NCBI GenBank assembly: GCA_013265495.1
Contig: MU058791.1
Location: 312,001-376,000 of the forward strand
Length of the DNA stretch: 64,000 nt
Origin: Vicugna vicugna
Lineage: Eukaryota
Direction: 5' to 3'
Shown here one piece after another: positions 25,446 through 39,859 of the stretch; positions within the stretch are counted from its first letter, which is position 1, and every line of letters starts with the position of its first letter. The notes beneath the pieces were generated by a model. That model did no database searches, was not told the DNA's origin, and saw only the letters and a list, made by a program, of their open reading frames with translations. The position numbers and the translations under genes were made by a program.

Positions 25446-28400
25446 CTCTGCTGTTTGTTCTCAGCCTCTTTATGATCAAAACCCATTGGCAGCTACGAGC
25501 TTATAATTGAGAGATGTCCAGCTGCTGTGCCCCAGCCTTCAGAGCCCTTGAGAATTGCTCCCCAATTTACCTTATTCTCCCTCATATCCAGGAAAACAGC
25601 CTTATTCTCTACCTTTGAGCCCCTTTTCCCTTTAACACCGACTTAGAGGATGGGTCCGGCAGCTCAGTGTTCCTCCTGCATGTGTGGTTGAGGGCATGTG
25701 CAGGGGATTAGTCAGGATATACTGGGGAATGTTCTCACCACCCCTTGTCAAAGAACCGAACTGAGGCACAAGCCCTGAGCAGCTTTTGTTGGGAGCAATG
25801 AAACACACGCAGCTGAGCTGGTGTGGACGCATCTGGATGCTTGTGAAAAGGTAACAGTCTCCCACCTTATTCCTGAGAATTGGGGCTCTTTCTTTCCCTT
25901 TGGAGTGAAATGCTGTAGCTTTTTTGTTCTGAAAAGAGAGATTCATGCACAAAAAACCTATGCTAGTTTCTTTCCAGGAATACTAGAGTGTTTTAATACT
26001 TTGCATTTTCTTAGTAGAGCGTATGAAAGGTGAAAATTCACATTTAGAAAGTAATTTCATTGTCATATCTGTGGGTGTCACCAAGGAAAACCTGTGTGAT
26101 ACCCTTTCGGAGATTCTGACTCATTAAGCGTGGGGTAGGGTCCGGGGGTTTGTGTTTGTAGAAGATCTCAGCTTGATTCTGATGCATTTCTGAGGTTAGG
26201 ACACTGCTCTGAAGTGCAGTTAACCTTGGAAGAGATAAGTGCTATGCATCGTGTTCAGAGGTGCAACAGACTCTCCTGGCCTCACAGCACTTTGACATTC
26301 AGTTTGTTCTATAAAGTGTTAAGAAGCTAAGGAGCAAAGATAAAACAACAGAGCGATAATGGTCTGCACTTAAAAGAAAGGGGATGTTTTTATTAGATGC
26401 TGAGTTCTTGCTTGTTAGTTTTTTAAAAGCATACAACAAACATTGCCCTTCTGTTTAATTTACCAGGGGATTTATTTTATTGTGATCTCAAAAACCATAA
26501 CTTCATGCAATCAGCTTTGTCCTCCACTGATGTGGAAACATCTTGTTCCAAGGTATTGGAAGCCCAAGATGACAATAAACACATCTTACATATACAGTAA
26601 AACTGGTCCAGAAACAGAGCTAAAGATTTGTCCTTCCTTCCACACTCTGTGTGGCTCCCACGTCGAGGCTGTCAGCGAAGTTCGGGGCCCTCTGTGCGGC
26701 TGTGAAGAGCTCATTGTGTGGGAAGAGCTGGATTATAGTCATTACAGATGGGGACACATTCTCTACTCCTGGTTTTCTTTCAGCCTCCTCAACATATTGC
26801 GGAAAAGTGCCGAATGGTGACTCTGACAATATCTGAACAGCTTTTTTTTTTTTTAAGTTCCCGATTTTGTTATGCTGTTGCATTTTTCTGGGCTCGAACC
26901 AGTGCTGGCTGGTGGCATCTCCTAAAGTGAGGGTCTCAGGTCCAGAAGGCAGTGAATGTCTGCTGAGGTGGTTGTGAGTTCAGTGTTGTGGGCAGAGAGG
27001 AGAGGAGCCAGCGGTGGGGCTGCATCCCTCTGTATGATCAGCTGATCCCTAGTGAGCTCAGAGGGACCTCAGGGCAGAAGGGCATTACAGCTCTCAAAGA
27101 GGGCTTTTATCCTCCTTTTGGGGTATAGTTTGGACTAATGACCTCTTTCCAGCCATGAGGATAGAGGATTCTAAAATGGAGCCCAAGTCCCTCACCTCAC
27201 TACTTGAAGCCATTTGTCACCTGTTCATCTCTTACATAACTGTAGCACCTCCTTCTCCCCAAAATCCTGTCCTCTGGCAGGCTCATTTCTGCCTCTGGAC
27301 CGTCTCTCTTGCTTTTCCTCATGAGGCCCCCACCACTCCCCTCCCCCACACCCCACATGTACATACACCATGACCATGGGTGGGAACCTTCTTGTCTTGT
27401 CTTTTCACATCCTGCCCAGTGACATTTCCTTTCTTCATCTCACCAGTGAAGCTTACCCTAGTGCCCTAAGCCTCCCTGACACCTCCCTTCTTTGAGATCA
27501 CATTTGATCCACATCCTGCGTGACATGAGATAGCATTTTATAAAAGCTCTTTTCAGCGTGAGAATCAGTAGAGTCATCCAGGATCAGCAGACAAGGGGCA
27601 GAGGGACCAGGAAGATGCATCACTGAGGGTGAAGTAGGGTCCCGCATGCCTCCATCAAAGGGAAAACTCCTTGAGAGAAGAAACCGTGCCTTGTAACCCT
27701 CAGGATTCCTTCCAGGACCTGATGATTTCATCATCTTACAACATAAACAAATGAAACAAGGTAGAGGATTGTGTTCAGGCTGCAGCCAAGACTATTTCAG
27801 AATTAAGTCTACAGAGATCAGCGCTGATTCTTTGGAGCTAGATACTGCTCTTCTCACAGTGATTTTTCTGTGTGTGAATTATTTGCCATTGAACTTGGTA
27901 CCAGATCTGGGATTAGATACTTGCAAGAGCGTGGTCAATCTTAGTTTAAAAAAAAAAAAGTTTTCAATCAATTGAGTATGGCCTTGAAAAGTCCAGACGT
28001 TGTCCATCATTGTTCAGGACCCATCATCAGAATAGGGGACAATTCAGATCATGTGCTTTGAAGAAAATAGAGCCATTCTGTAGATTCTGTTCAGGAGAGA
28101 GTCTGGCTGGCCCTCCAGAGCCACCTGCTCCATCTCCCCATTCAGCATCACCATGATTCTTGACTTCTTGCCAGTGTTTCATGTCCTTGCAACTGGAGTG
28201 TGGTGTCATTGTCCTTCCCACCAGCTCATTCCCCGTCATTTTCCCTGCTGTTGAGTGGCAGCATCTCAGGTTCCCTGGGTAGGACCCTACGGTGACATCA
28301 GCCAGACAATTTGAGGTGATGATAGTGGCCAGGATTCTGGCCTTGTTCAGTGGGGCTTGGGTGACAATATGCGCAGGAGATGAGAACTGGTTTTGTGCAG

Positions 28401-29479
28401 CTGTTCATTGGTTCATTTTCTCATTTGGCACGTGACACCTGCTGTTCTAGGAGAGAGGATACAATAGTAACCAAGACAGTCTCCCTTTGATGGGGTTTAT
28501 CCTGGAGGGGGAGGGGCACGGGACATAGACAGTAAGCCAGGTAGTCCCAGAAGTTGACACAGGGTGTGAAGAATATGAGATAGGATGATGGGAGGGCGAG
28601 GGTTTGGGGGCTGGGGGGCCTCTCTATAGACTGGACCGAGAGGCGGGCTGTCCCAGCTCCGGGACCGCCCAGGCACGGTGCATCTAGTTTTGCTGGCAGA
28701 ACACCAAGAAGCATCATCCCCTGCGACTTCCGACCCAGCACAGGCGTTTGCTTTTCTATTCTCTCAGGAAGCTCATGGCCTCTCTCAGTTGTTTGTTTGC
28801 TTTAATGCGTATAATCAATGAAACATCTGCATTAGCGCAAAACTGTTCAGACTTTACAACTTGGAGTAGATTAAATATAAAGTTGTGTTCACTCACCAAG
28901 TGTTTACATAGTGCTCCCCGAGCCCACGGCAGGAGCAGCGGGACGAGGTCCTGCCCTCACGGATCTCCAGTCTGGGGATGCGAGCAGGATACTTGCACCC
29001 TCGGTGGTGAGGAGGACTCCAGGACCTTCCTGGGGATGGAAGAGGTCCTTCTATGTTTCAGATCTGTTGGTACATGGTCCTGCAAATGTCCATCATCACT
29101 GGAAATGAAGCCTTTCTATTTTAATGCACAAAGCTGATTTTATTTGTAAATGTTAAACCTAAGTTAAAAGTGGGTGTAGTGATCTTCAGAACAAAGGCTT
29201 TTATTTTATAATGAATAATTCCTCTCTTCCTCATCTTCTAAACCATATGATTCATGATGAAAACCCAGTGTGTCATTTTGTATTTAAATTACGCTCCACT
29301 GAACATTTTAATTAGCAACAATTCACTCCTTAAAATGCCTGTTTCAGTGATGAGAAGCAATGCCCTAGGCTGGAAAGAAAACCAACCAGTTTAAAGTGGA
29401 AGAAATCTCCTTCTTGATCTCTGTGAGTTTCTCTACCCAGATATTTTAAACACTTTCCAAATTGTCCTTCAAATTTTCT

Positions 29480-29610
29480 TCAATGGTGGTAAAACACACA
29501 TAAAATTTACCATCTTAACCATTTTTAAGTGTATGATTCAATGGCATTAATTACATTACACTGTTGTGCAACCATCACCGCCATCCATCCACAGAACTCT
29601 CTTCATTTTC
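29480..29610 (-). mobile_element. L1MB-like 3' end fragment
   Basis: ACATAAAATTTACCATCTTAACCATTTTTAAGTGTA...GTTGTGCAACCATCACC. Confidence 0.75.
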
Positions 29611-29785
29611 TGAGAAGACTGTGGAGTTTTGCAGCTTCTCTTGCCGGTATGCATATTTTATTTAGCCAAGGCACTGTTACTGGGTATTTTACATACATAA
29701 AATGTATCACGTATATATTCGCTATGTAATCAAATTTGTATTTGATTTAATTCTCACCATAATCCTATAAGGGGCATATTACATA

Positions 29786-30301
29786 CAGACATAACCTTGG
29801 AGATATTGCAGGTGTGGTTTCAGACCCCCTGCCATAAAGTGAGTATCACTATAAACCGAGTCACATGAATTTCTTGATTTCCCAGTGCACATGAAAGTTA
29901 CGTCAACACTGTACCATAGACCCTTCAGTGTGCAGTAGTGTTATGTCTAAAGAAAATGTATATACCTTAATTTAAAAATACTTTGTTGTTAAAAAATGTT
30001 AACCATCATCTGAGCCTTCTGCAAGTTGCAATCTTTTTGCAATAATGACATCAAAGATCACAGATCATCGTAACAGATACAATAATAACAATGAAAAATT
30101 GGAAATATTTTGAGAATTAACAAAATGTGACACAGAGACATGAAGTGAGCAAGTGCCAAGTGAGGAAGGGGCACTGAAAGACTTGCTTGATGAAGTTACC
30201 AGAAAGCTTATTTGTGAAAAACAAAACAAAAAAACAACGCAGCGCCTGTGAAGCACAGTGAAGGAGAGTTCAGTCGCGTGCAGTAAACCGCGCGGTGCCT
30301 G
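29786..30301 (-). mobile_element. Internally deleted Tigger1 (Tigger1a_Art-like) inserted in a MIR
   Basis: TA|CAGACATAACCTTGGAGATATTGCAGG... and ...GGTGCCTG termini; both Tigger1 ends are joined near 30040; MIR halves flank it on each side. Confidence 0.85.
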
Positions 30302-31532
30302 TTCTGTGTTTTTACTGATAAGAAAACAGATCAAGTACTTTGTTTAACGTTATATACTCAGTAGATGTTGGAATGGCATTTTGAACCCAGCTTCCTCCAA
30401 AGCCAAGGTGTTCTCTGCTGTTCCACAGTGATTTTTCAGTTCAAAATTTTGATTCTGGCATCTTGCCTTCTGTCAGTCACTGTTTCAGCACAGAGCAGAG
30501 CGCTGGTCACATTTTCCCAGAATACTGGGCATGCTTCTTTGGTGCTCAGATCTTCCTAATCAGCACACATGAGCACCAGCACAATAGGCATCCGGGAAAA
30601 AAACAAAAAAAAACAGCTGGAAATCAAAACCACACTTCCTTTTTGGAGAGGATTTGGAGACTCAGATCCCTAAAATTCAGTGACTCTATGTACCTCCATT
30701 TAGAATATTCTCCCCTCTAAAATATCACGCGTTGGTTTTTAACTCTAATAGGAAGTGAATCTCATGGTTACATTACCTTCCTGCCCATGGGTGATGGCAT
30801 TTGTGTCTTTCTTTTATGAAAACACATGGACGTATGACCTAAGCTTCCTTCTTAGTCTCATCCCTGGCTGGCCTGGGTGTAGAGGGAGATGGTGGAGATG
30901 TTAATACTGTAGGAAGTCCAGAGAAGGTCCTCATGTTGCTGCCACTGGACCTGCTGACATACAAGTCCCTCGTTGGGGGTGGAACCAAGTCAGCTGTGTA
31001 AAATGGTGCAAACGTTAGCCGTCTCTTTTATTCTTGGAAGAAACAGTCTGTTAGAGAACACGGTTAGGAACGAGTGGTGAGGTGTCCTCGGCTCCTTTCC
31101 TCCTGTGAGGCTGCGGTGCTGTATCCAAGGGTATCACTCAGATGAAAGCACGAAACATGTGGTGCAAGACGGGGAGAAACTCGCTCCTTCTCGTTTGACA
31201 TGCAGATAAGAAGGAGAACATCACAGAGGCACAAGCAGGCTTCTAATCTTAGAGAGCAGAGGAAGGCCACCCAACACCCCCGCCCGCAGCCTCATAATAT
31301 CCCCGCCCCACCTTCCCAGTCCCACCCCTCCTCCCAGCCTGTGCCTCCAGTGACCAAAGGCAGAAGAATGGTGGGGAGTGGTGGGTGGGGATCCAGAGAT
31401 GCTCGTGGTGAGAAGGACCTCAGGGTGGGGAAGTGGGTGCTGCTGTGTTTGCAGGAGCCACCCTCTTCCTCCTGTGTCTCTCTCTCCATCTCTCCTGCAT
31501 CTCAGTCTTTCCCTCTCCCTCCTCCCCTTTGG

Positions 31533-31534
31533 CA

Positions 31535-31566
<32 letters not shown>
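31533..31566. repeat. (CG)n(CA)n alternating purine-pyrimidine tract
   Basis: CACGTGCGCGCGCGCACACACACACACACACA. Confidence 0.9.
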
Positions 31567-33424
31567 AAAGCACCTCCTTCATTGATTAACTGGAAGTTCA
31601 TCGCAAAAGTGGAGATTGTTGAAGACCAGGATCCTAGCCAGTGTTTCAGTTCTTCCCATTCTTGGATCCGAGTCTGTCATCTGTGACCCTCCTCAGATCT
31701 ACTCTGAATGGCTTTGCAATGCCATCTGGATAAAGTCCAGACTCCCAGTCTGGTTGCTTGGTTGCTCTCCAGGATCCAACCCTTGTTCTTGGCTTTATCC
31801 CACCACATGCACCCAGCCTTGCCCATCCTCATCACTCCCTGCCCCCCCCAATCCGACCATTCCATACTCCGTGCTAGTCACCGCGCCCTGTGCTCTCTGC
31901 CACCTCGGGCCTTTTGCAAAGACTCTTCCCTCTGCCTGAGGGAACCCATCCCCTCATCCCCCACCCCATGCCACATTCTTTGGGGGAATTCTACTTGTCC
32001 ATCATCTCCCACATTCATTTCCATCAGGAAGTCTTCTCTGAGCCCCTACAACTGGCCAGGCTCCCCTCTGGCGTGATCCCACAGTCCCATGTTAACACGT
32101 AACACGTGGCATCAGGACAGCCTGCTCACTGGACACTCCTCAGACCACCTGCAGGGTTCATTCAAAGCAATATTGTCAGAGCTCAGTAAATGTCTCCACC
32201 CCACACTGGCAGCGCAGCCCTCCATACCCACCTCTCATTTTGTACCATCAAATCTATAAATGCGGAAGAAGTGGGGGAGGGAGGAAGACGAGGTTCTCTA
32301 CCTTCCCTCTGCTGTAGTAGAAAAAGCATCCTCAGGGATGCCTTCTGCAGGCACTGTCTTCTCCATCACTGTCCCCCCTCCTCTCCTCCCTCCTACTGTT
32401 TGTTGCAGTCATAAACGATCTTGCCTGTCCTCTGTCTTTCTTCACCCTCTCTGAACCATCCTCTTCACAAGCACTGGGACCTCATCCTCTGGCTCTCTCT
32501 TTGGCTCTAATATGAAGCTCCTTCCCCCGATGTACGAAATGTTCAGTATCTGTCTGCTAAATTGTAGGAGGTAATTAATTCAGGTGACAGTGATCTAGAG
32601 GACTTTCAGTATCAGAGAGAGAGCCCTCTCTCCCTTTTTTGCCTTATAGATATGGAGAAAATGCTTTTCAGGAGGTAAGACTGGAACCAGGAAGGGCTCT
32701 GAGGGTTAATTATCCAGCTCATCCACCCACTCCCAGGAAACCTCGGAATCTTCATCTGCCATTTTTCTCCAGGACACACTCACGTGAAAACTTGTTATAA
32801 AGGAGATCTAATGTTTACTTACTTTAGAATTAACATTTTGTTTTCCAGTGCCCATCTGTTTATTATTTGTTTAGTTACATCGCTTTGCATGCTCTTGCAT
32901 CCACATTACTGGATCATTTCAGCCCCGAGGTATTTCTCATTACACTGCTCTCTGGAAAGAATGATTATTTAACAATCCGCGATTTGTGGCTATGTATTCC
33001 TTATTTGGAGAGTCTATCCATGTTCCCACTGTTCGGGTTGGAGACTTCTACGCACCTGGAATTTTACATGAAAACTCTCTTCGTCGATCTGCTGAAATAA
33101 TTGATGGTTTCTGATAGCACTAGTTCCGCAGTCTCTGGGACTTAACAAGAGGGAAGAAAACCTGTAATAGAATGTCCTGTGAAACTCCCCTTTTGGATGA
33201 CAGAAACCGACAGATGTCCTTATTATTATTCCGCAGAACAACTCCTCCTCTCCCTGAAGAATCTGTGTTCCTAGACCCAACAAATTCAACTCCTAGAAAG
33301 CTCTTTTCACTTGCTTTGCACGAGAGCGTGTTTCTCCCGACTTGCGGTTTTGTTTGCTGTCAGCTTGCCATCACCCCATGCAGCTAGGCAAGGCCATGGC
33401 CAAGTTGCAGGTTTTGCCAGCAGG

Positions 33425-33615
33425 GGTGGTGGAAAGGAAAAGGATTTTAGAATCGGGCAAACCTAGCTCCAGGATACTTGGCAGGTTAGGGTGCCTCTCT
33501 GTTCCCAGATCCTTTCACTGTACAAGTAGGAATTCTTCTATCCGCCTCACATGAGGTGCCTCAAGAAGCTAGCACAGAGCTTTCCACATATTAGATTCTC
33601 AGTAAATGCAGGTTG
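33425..33615 (+). mobile_element. MIR SINE
   Basis: GTGGTGGAAAG...TTTTAGAATCGGGCAAACCT...CTCAGTAAATG. Confidence 0.55.
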
Positions 33616-34113
33616 TATGCGTGGCATTGTGCCTTACGGGGTGATTTTATTATTCGTAAGCCTGCTGGACGTATCAGCTACAAAATTTCAGAGAGCAAGT
33701 GGTACTTTGTTTTTTCTGTGGAAACCGTGAATAAGAGAAATAGATAAACAGACAAAAATTTTGTTTTTTGTGAGATGGAATCAGGCTATTTGCATCTCCT
33801 TGTAATTGGTAAAAAGGATATTAGTCACCTATGTCCGTCTTTACTGCAGGACTCTACCAGTATGATGGTTTTTTCACCACGTGGTGACGTGAGAAAGATC
33901 GAGTCTCTGCACTGCATATTCTAGGTAAATTCTTCCAAACTGATTTTAAAGAATAATGTATCCATCATTGTGGATATTCTTTGGCTTAAAATAGTTTTGA
34001 GAAACCATTTTGACTTAAAAAAAAATAAGTAAATATTTACATCATTGAAACATGTAAATCTATGACTGTAAGGACTGAATTGATCCTGGATAGATGCTAA
34101 AACATACCATGAA

Positions 34114-34310
34114 GGGGAGGGTACAGCTCAGTGGTAGAGTGCATGCCTGGCATGCATGAGGTCATGGGTTCAATCCCCAGTACCTCCATTATAATAAATA
34201 AATAAACCTAATAACCCCCCCAAGACAAACAAACAAAAAAACAAAACAAAACAAAAAAACTCCCCTCAAAATAAAAGAAGTTAAAATTTTTTTTTGTAAT
34301 TAAAAAACCA
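34114..34310 (+). mobile_element. tRNA-derived SINE, camelid Vic-1-like
   Basis: GGGGAGGGTACAGCTCAGTGGTAGAG (box A), GGTTCAATCCCC (box B), AAATAAATAAACCTAAT, A-rich tail; degenerate TSD AAAACATA...TGAA. Confidence 0.85.
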
Positions 34311-34599
34311 AAAACATATACTGTGAAAGTGATGGGCTGTGAACGCATTCAGAAAGGAAGCAGGAATCATCACTTCAGGAAACTTCTGACATGGATAAAC
34401 CCTCATGTGCTTGGCGATGCTGGACTTAACACACACAGTGTATTGTGATTTCTTTTTTCTTTTTTTTTTAACAGCCCGTGGAGGATTAGACAGTGATTTT
34501 CTTAAGGCCAGGGTGAAGAGTCATTTAGCCCAGTACTTGTAGGACCTGGCACATAATAAGCGTTCAATAAACGTTTGTTGAGTGAATCAATGAATATCC

Positions 34600-34860
34600 T
34601 TGTAGGTGAGATGGGAAAGATAAACTAAATAATACTGCGTTTAGATGGACAGATGATCAGTTGAACGGCCGTGCCCAAAGGCTGCTGATCAGTGGAAAAT
34701 GTATCCCTGAAAGGAAATTTACGGGGACTTCCCCCAGGGCTGGCTCAGAACATATTCTTTCCAATATTGGAAAAATAAATCGCTTGGAAGAAGACATGTA
34801 AGGTATACTAATTAAATTTACATATGGCCAGAAGCTAGATTCAAAAATAGTTCTACCAAT
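34600..34860 (+). mobile_element. L3/CR1 LINE fragment
   Basis: TTAGATGGA...GTTGAACGGCCGTGCCCAAAGGCTGCTGATCAGTGG...CCCCAGGGC resembles the CR1 RT region. Confidence 0.55.
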
Positions 34861-36487
34861 AATAAATTACTCAGTAAATTAAATTTACCCTAATACTGTT
34901 TTCTTTTTCATTTTTTATGCTTTAATTTAATTTTACCACCCACTCTTTTTAGTTTATTTTAGGATTTTCAGCTATGATTGGATCTTGACAATGTAGAAGA
35001 ATGCTCTATAGTCTTTTCCAGTGAGTGTAGGGGGATGTTCTCTTTTTTTCTTATTTTTTGTTGAAGTGTAGTTGATTTACAATGTTAGTTTCAGGTGTAT
35101 GTCGGGGAATTTTCTATGAAGGAAACTTGAGTTTTTCCTAGTATATCTGAAGTAAAATATACAAAAAATTAACAAGTCAGAAGTAGTCTTGGAAGAGTAA
35201 GTTACGTAAGTTTCTTTTCTTTTCTATTTTCCACGTAACTGTAAGAACTAGGCGTAGCTTATTTATTCTCCTAAGATGCATGCAGATGTTTCGTGCAGTC
35301 TGTGCAACCTAGCCTTCGTTGGGATGTAGACGTGCCCCCCAGGCCTCTTACCTACTTGTCTCTTCCACTTGAGCTGCCTGAGTAAAACAGGACAGGGTTA
35401 CCTCTTTGACTCTCCCAACAAAAACAAATGTCTCTTTTTTCCATTAGTGTGAGTCAGAAAATAAATACAAGTCAAACCAGAGGGTTGTGCCAAATGACCA
35501 AACCTTTGACACCAAAGCTCCATTCTTTCATGTTTCTGACAAATCAGATCACTCGGCATCTTAACAGGACATGAGATTTAATACTTCCTTACCCAGAACA
35601 TTTGCTCCATCACTGGAAACCCCATGACCTTCCTTCTTGGAAGCCAGCTGGCCTTTGCTTCCTATTGGTTGTTGCTTCCTCGTGTGTGGCTTCCCTCACC
35701 TTTTCCTCAGGGTTCCTGGCTCGTCCCAGCCATCCGAGGTTTGGCACATCCCCTGGAATTTTAGTAACTTCCAAGGAGTAGCGTCTCTCCAATTCTGAAG
35801 GGGCTCCAGGCCGTTTGTACTAAATTATACATTTTCCTTACCGGCAGCGCAAGCTCTGATTCATATCTTGTGGAACTCCTCAGAGAAATGACTTTCCTCG
35901 TTATTTTTTCATAAGCCATTACAAGTTAATTTTAATTTCATGTTAATATCCCTCCCAGGCTGCATTCAATGAGTCTCTTCCTTATCTCTGAAGAAAGTGG
36001 AAATAGGTGTCCAATCGCTCATGTAGAAATTTCCTACATTAGGGGTGGATTTCGAATACACAGAAATCGGGGTGGGGGGATGGTGCGAAGGTTAGATAAT
36101 CTTCACAAATTGTTTAAATCCAGTCCTTTTCTTTTGCAAAGCTGTCATTTTTTTAGCCTCTCACCCTTACCATGTGTCTCAGATCTTTCAAAATCATTCC
36201 AAAGTTTGTGTCCTCCTCTGCCTGCCTTGTTCTTTTCACATTTTAAGTGGATGCACATTTTCATGATGCGTGTGAGGAGCAGTGACCGTTTTCCCACACT
36301 CCGTTTGACAGGAGCAACCATTTATCCCGTGCTGTTTTTAGTCAGGATGAATAACGGCATATTTGTTATTAAGGCAATGCAATCATTTTCAAGTTTATTT
36401 CTAACCCTTAGATAGGAAGTAGACTCTTGTTTTTGGTTCACGCTTATGGAATAAGTTAGAAATACGTGAACTTCTTGTTGGACCATC

Positions 36488-36925
36488 TGTATCAGTCAGG
36501 ATGCATTTGATCAGCAGCAGCAGAAAACATAGATCAAATTGCAAACTGGCTTAAGCAGTCAAGGAGGGAAGTTGGCTGATGCGTGTCACCCTCCAGAGAC
36601 AGGGCTGGCTTACAATTGGTTTGATTCAGTAAGACGATTCTGAGATCAAGACCTTTGTTTCTACCAGTTTTTTTGCTCTCTTCTCCACAGTGTCATCTGA
36701 TAGTTCAGTCCTTGTGGCCACAACGTGGCTGCCAGCAACTTCTAGATTCATCGCTTCCTTATTCAAGGTCTGAGCCAAATGCCATGATCTTACAGCCAGG
36801 AGTAGAGTTAACTTTCCCCAAATCACAAGCGGTGTGGGAGTGATGTGGACCTAATGAAAACTCAGGAACTTCACAAAGGAAAGTGTTGTGTGGCTAATGG
36901 GAGGCAACCTGGTATCCATCACACC
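36488..36925 (-). mobile_element. Old MaLR LTR (MLT1J/K-like)
   Basis: TGTATCAGTCAGGATGC...CAGAAAAC...AAACTGGCTTAAGCA. Confidence 0.6.
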
Positions 36926-37186
36926 ATCTGAGTTTCTAAAATACAACAAATGACCAGTTCATCTAAACATGCTGCCTAGGTCGTAAATGTTCTCAAGGAA
37001 ATGTAAACGTTAATTTATCCATTTTCATCAAGAGGCTGTCTGACTTTTTACATTTTTTTCTTTCTAGTTGAAGAATTTCTATTTTCTCATACATGCCTAG
37101 TTTTTTTTTTTAATTTTAATAAGTGATTGAAACATTGTAAATAGCTTCTGTTTAGGATCTTCTGCTAAACAAAAAATACATTCCTC

Positions 37187-37308
37187 TTTTGGGGGAAGGA
37201 AGATAATTAGGTTTATTTGCTTTATTCTTAGAGGAGGTGCAGGGGATTGAACCCAGGACCTCATGTGTGCTAAACATGCGCTCTACCACTTGAGATACAC
37301 CCGTCCCC
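37187..37308 (-). mobile_element. tRNA-derived SINE, camelid Vic-1-like
   Basis: Reverse complement reads GGGGACGGGTGTATCTCAAGTGGTAGAGCGCATG...GGTCCTGGGTTCAATCCCCTGCACCTCC; same family as 34114. Confidence 0.85.
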
Positions 37309-37749
37309 ACCAGAAAACATATTTCCATGAGAAGGATTACTTACTTTTTGGTTGATTCTATTATTTTTTACCCAGAAACTGGATTAAAAGCTCAAGTCTC
37401 AGTATGGGGGATGATTTCTAAAGTGTCGAGCATTCTTGTAATTGATTTTAAAAGATTTTTATTCCCCAGGGTCTTAGGATAGTAATTTCCTGAAATACCA
37501 GTGAGAAGTTTTAATATTCTTTTATTTGAATGTTCAGAACTTCTTTCTGTCTGACTTCTGTAGCTCTCAAGAACCCTCTCAGACCACCATTACAGATAAA
37601 GTAGAAATTTAAAAAAAAAAATCTTGTTATGTAACTAATGTGATGATGTTACAGAAATAGTAAGATTTCTCTTTCTCTGGAAAAATTTAGTTTCTTAAAG
37701 ATATGTGAAGGAACACATCCATCCTTTCCTTTCAAAGGCAGTTGCTGTC

Positions 37750-37978
37750 GCAGAAAATACGGAGCTTAGGAATGAGAGAGTCATGGGTTTGAATTCAGGC
37801 TGTGCCACTTAACTAATTTGGGGCCAATTACCTAATCCCCTTGAATCTTAATTTCCTTCCTTGTAAAATAAGGATAATCGGTCCCTCCCCTGGTGTTTTC
37901 AGTTATTCACATAAGTTATTGAGATGAAATGTGATCAGCCCAGTGTCCTGCACATGGAGAGCTCTAAGTAAATGATAG
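37750..37978 (+). mobile_element. MIR SINE
   Basis: TGGGTTTGAATTCAGGCTGTGCCACTTA...TTTCCTTCCTTGTAAAATAAGGATAAT. Confidence 0.75.
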
Positions 37979-39859
37979 TTCTTGAAACAAGTGTGAAGCT
38001 GAACAAGAAAAAAAAAATCGAAATCCAGCTGAATTGTAGGAAATTATCACTTTAAGACTTTAGAAATTCTTTATCCTTTGTCATGCTGTATTGTACTTTA
38101 GAAACATATAGCGGTTTCCTTTAAAAGTTTCTGTATGGCAGTGCTTAGTAGAAAATCCATCTCTGTGAAAATGTAGACATATTTACATACATGAATGTAT
38201 GCATATGCGGAGAGGGAAGGGGGCTGACTTCCTCTGGGGCAGGTTCTGCTCTCCACAGCCAGGTGCATTCTGAACCGAGGCAGAAGTTGCTCCCTGGTTC
38301 ACCAGATTCCAGTGTGGTCCTGTGCCCTTTGCACGGGGTGAGGTGTCTGCAGGATCAGGGACACATGGCCAAGGAGATGTTCCACCCAGAGTGCATGCCC
38401 TCCGCTCTGACCCCAGAAGCCCTCCTCATGCCACCACCATGGAAGGAGCCCCCAAAATTCAAAATTCAAACCTGACAGGAGGTAGAACCTGTTTTATCTT
38501 GGAGTTTGTTGTTTTGCTTTGTAACTTCATTTATAACAAAAGTTGTTTCTTCACAGAATCTAAAGAAATTACCCTCCAGGACGTATTGTCATCAAAACTG
38601 GCTGAGCATCTGTGCGGAGGTCACTTAATTTTCTCATCTGGAAAGGGAGGCCTGGCTAGAACATTTGGTTCCCGAATTTGGCTAATCATCAGAATTGCTA
38701 GAAACTTTAAAAAAATTTACATGGTTCCCAGGCTCCACGGGCCTCGCTGGTGGTGGTTTCACGGGGCTGGGTGAGAGCTGGAGATGTGCATGCTTTAAGT
38801 ACCATGTAGGGCGATCCTGACATCCATACTGCTCTCCTGGACAAACTTCAGTGTTTAGTCTCCACTGCAGAGTCTTGTCCTGTGTATCTGGAGGTGAGGG
38901 GCCAGTGTCCACTGAGAGACCCTGTGCCTATTCAGTATTTCTTAGGGTCTGTGCTTGGCCAAGTCTGAGCTCCCACTAAGACAGACAGGCTGCTGGTCCA
39001 CCGCCTTGACGTTCACTCTGCTATGATTGGGTACCAAGCTTGAATAACAGTTAAGAAGAAGAAAGGGGCAGATAAATACGTCTCTAAAAGGATGAAAGGC
39101 TGTGTATTGGAGCCCATGGAAACTTCAGATGGGTCTCTCCATTATCAGAAATGCTATCAAGAAGCTGCCACTTTGTTCCAAGTGTTGGCTGGTTGATGAA
39201 GAGGAAAAGGGCTTTCCAACATCTACACTAGTTTCTGAAGACAAGAAATAGCCTGTGGTAACCCGATTCTAGAGATGGAGGAAGACTCCGGAGAACAAAA
39301 CCCTAGATCATGACAGACGTTGTTTTCTTTCTCACAATTCCCTTTTCCTTTAGGGGAAAACAAAAACTTATCAGCGAAAAGAGTCATGAACTTGACATTT
39401 TGCAGACTCCAGCCTTTCCATCACTCCCTGCATTGAGCGCCTGCATTGACCTTGGTCCTCCAGAGAAATCTAGACTTGTGCACTCTGGTCAAATTGACTT
39501 TTTCTATTTGTTTATGATGAAAAGAGAAAAGTTTGTATGAACCTTCCACTTGGGAAATTAAACATGGAGTAAAGTGAAATTTCACGTTTAAAGTTCCCCC
39601 ATCGGCAGGAGAGAGGGTTAGGATTTCAGGCATGGCTTATAAGGAACTCCTTCACGTAGCTTAATTAATAATTACTTTCTGGTATTGCTCTTTTTTTTTT
39701 TAAAGTGAGGTCAGTTGATTTACAATAATATATATTTCAGGCATACAACATATCAATTCATAATTTTCATTTATACTCCATTTATAAAATATTGGCTATG
39801 TTTAAATTTTCCTGCCAAACAAAACACTACATTTACTTTTTTCAGAGCCAGAGGTTGAC

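Noticed and set aside
34114..34190. tRNA gene (also 37235-37308)
   Set aside because: The A/B boxes are followed by a SINE body and A-rich tail, so these are SINEs rather than tRNAs.
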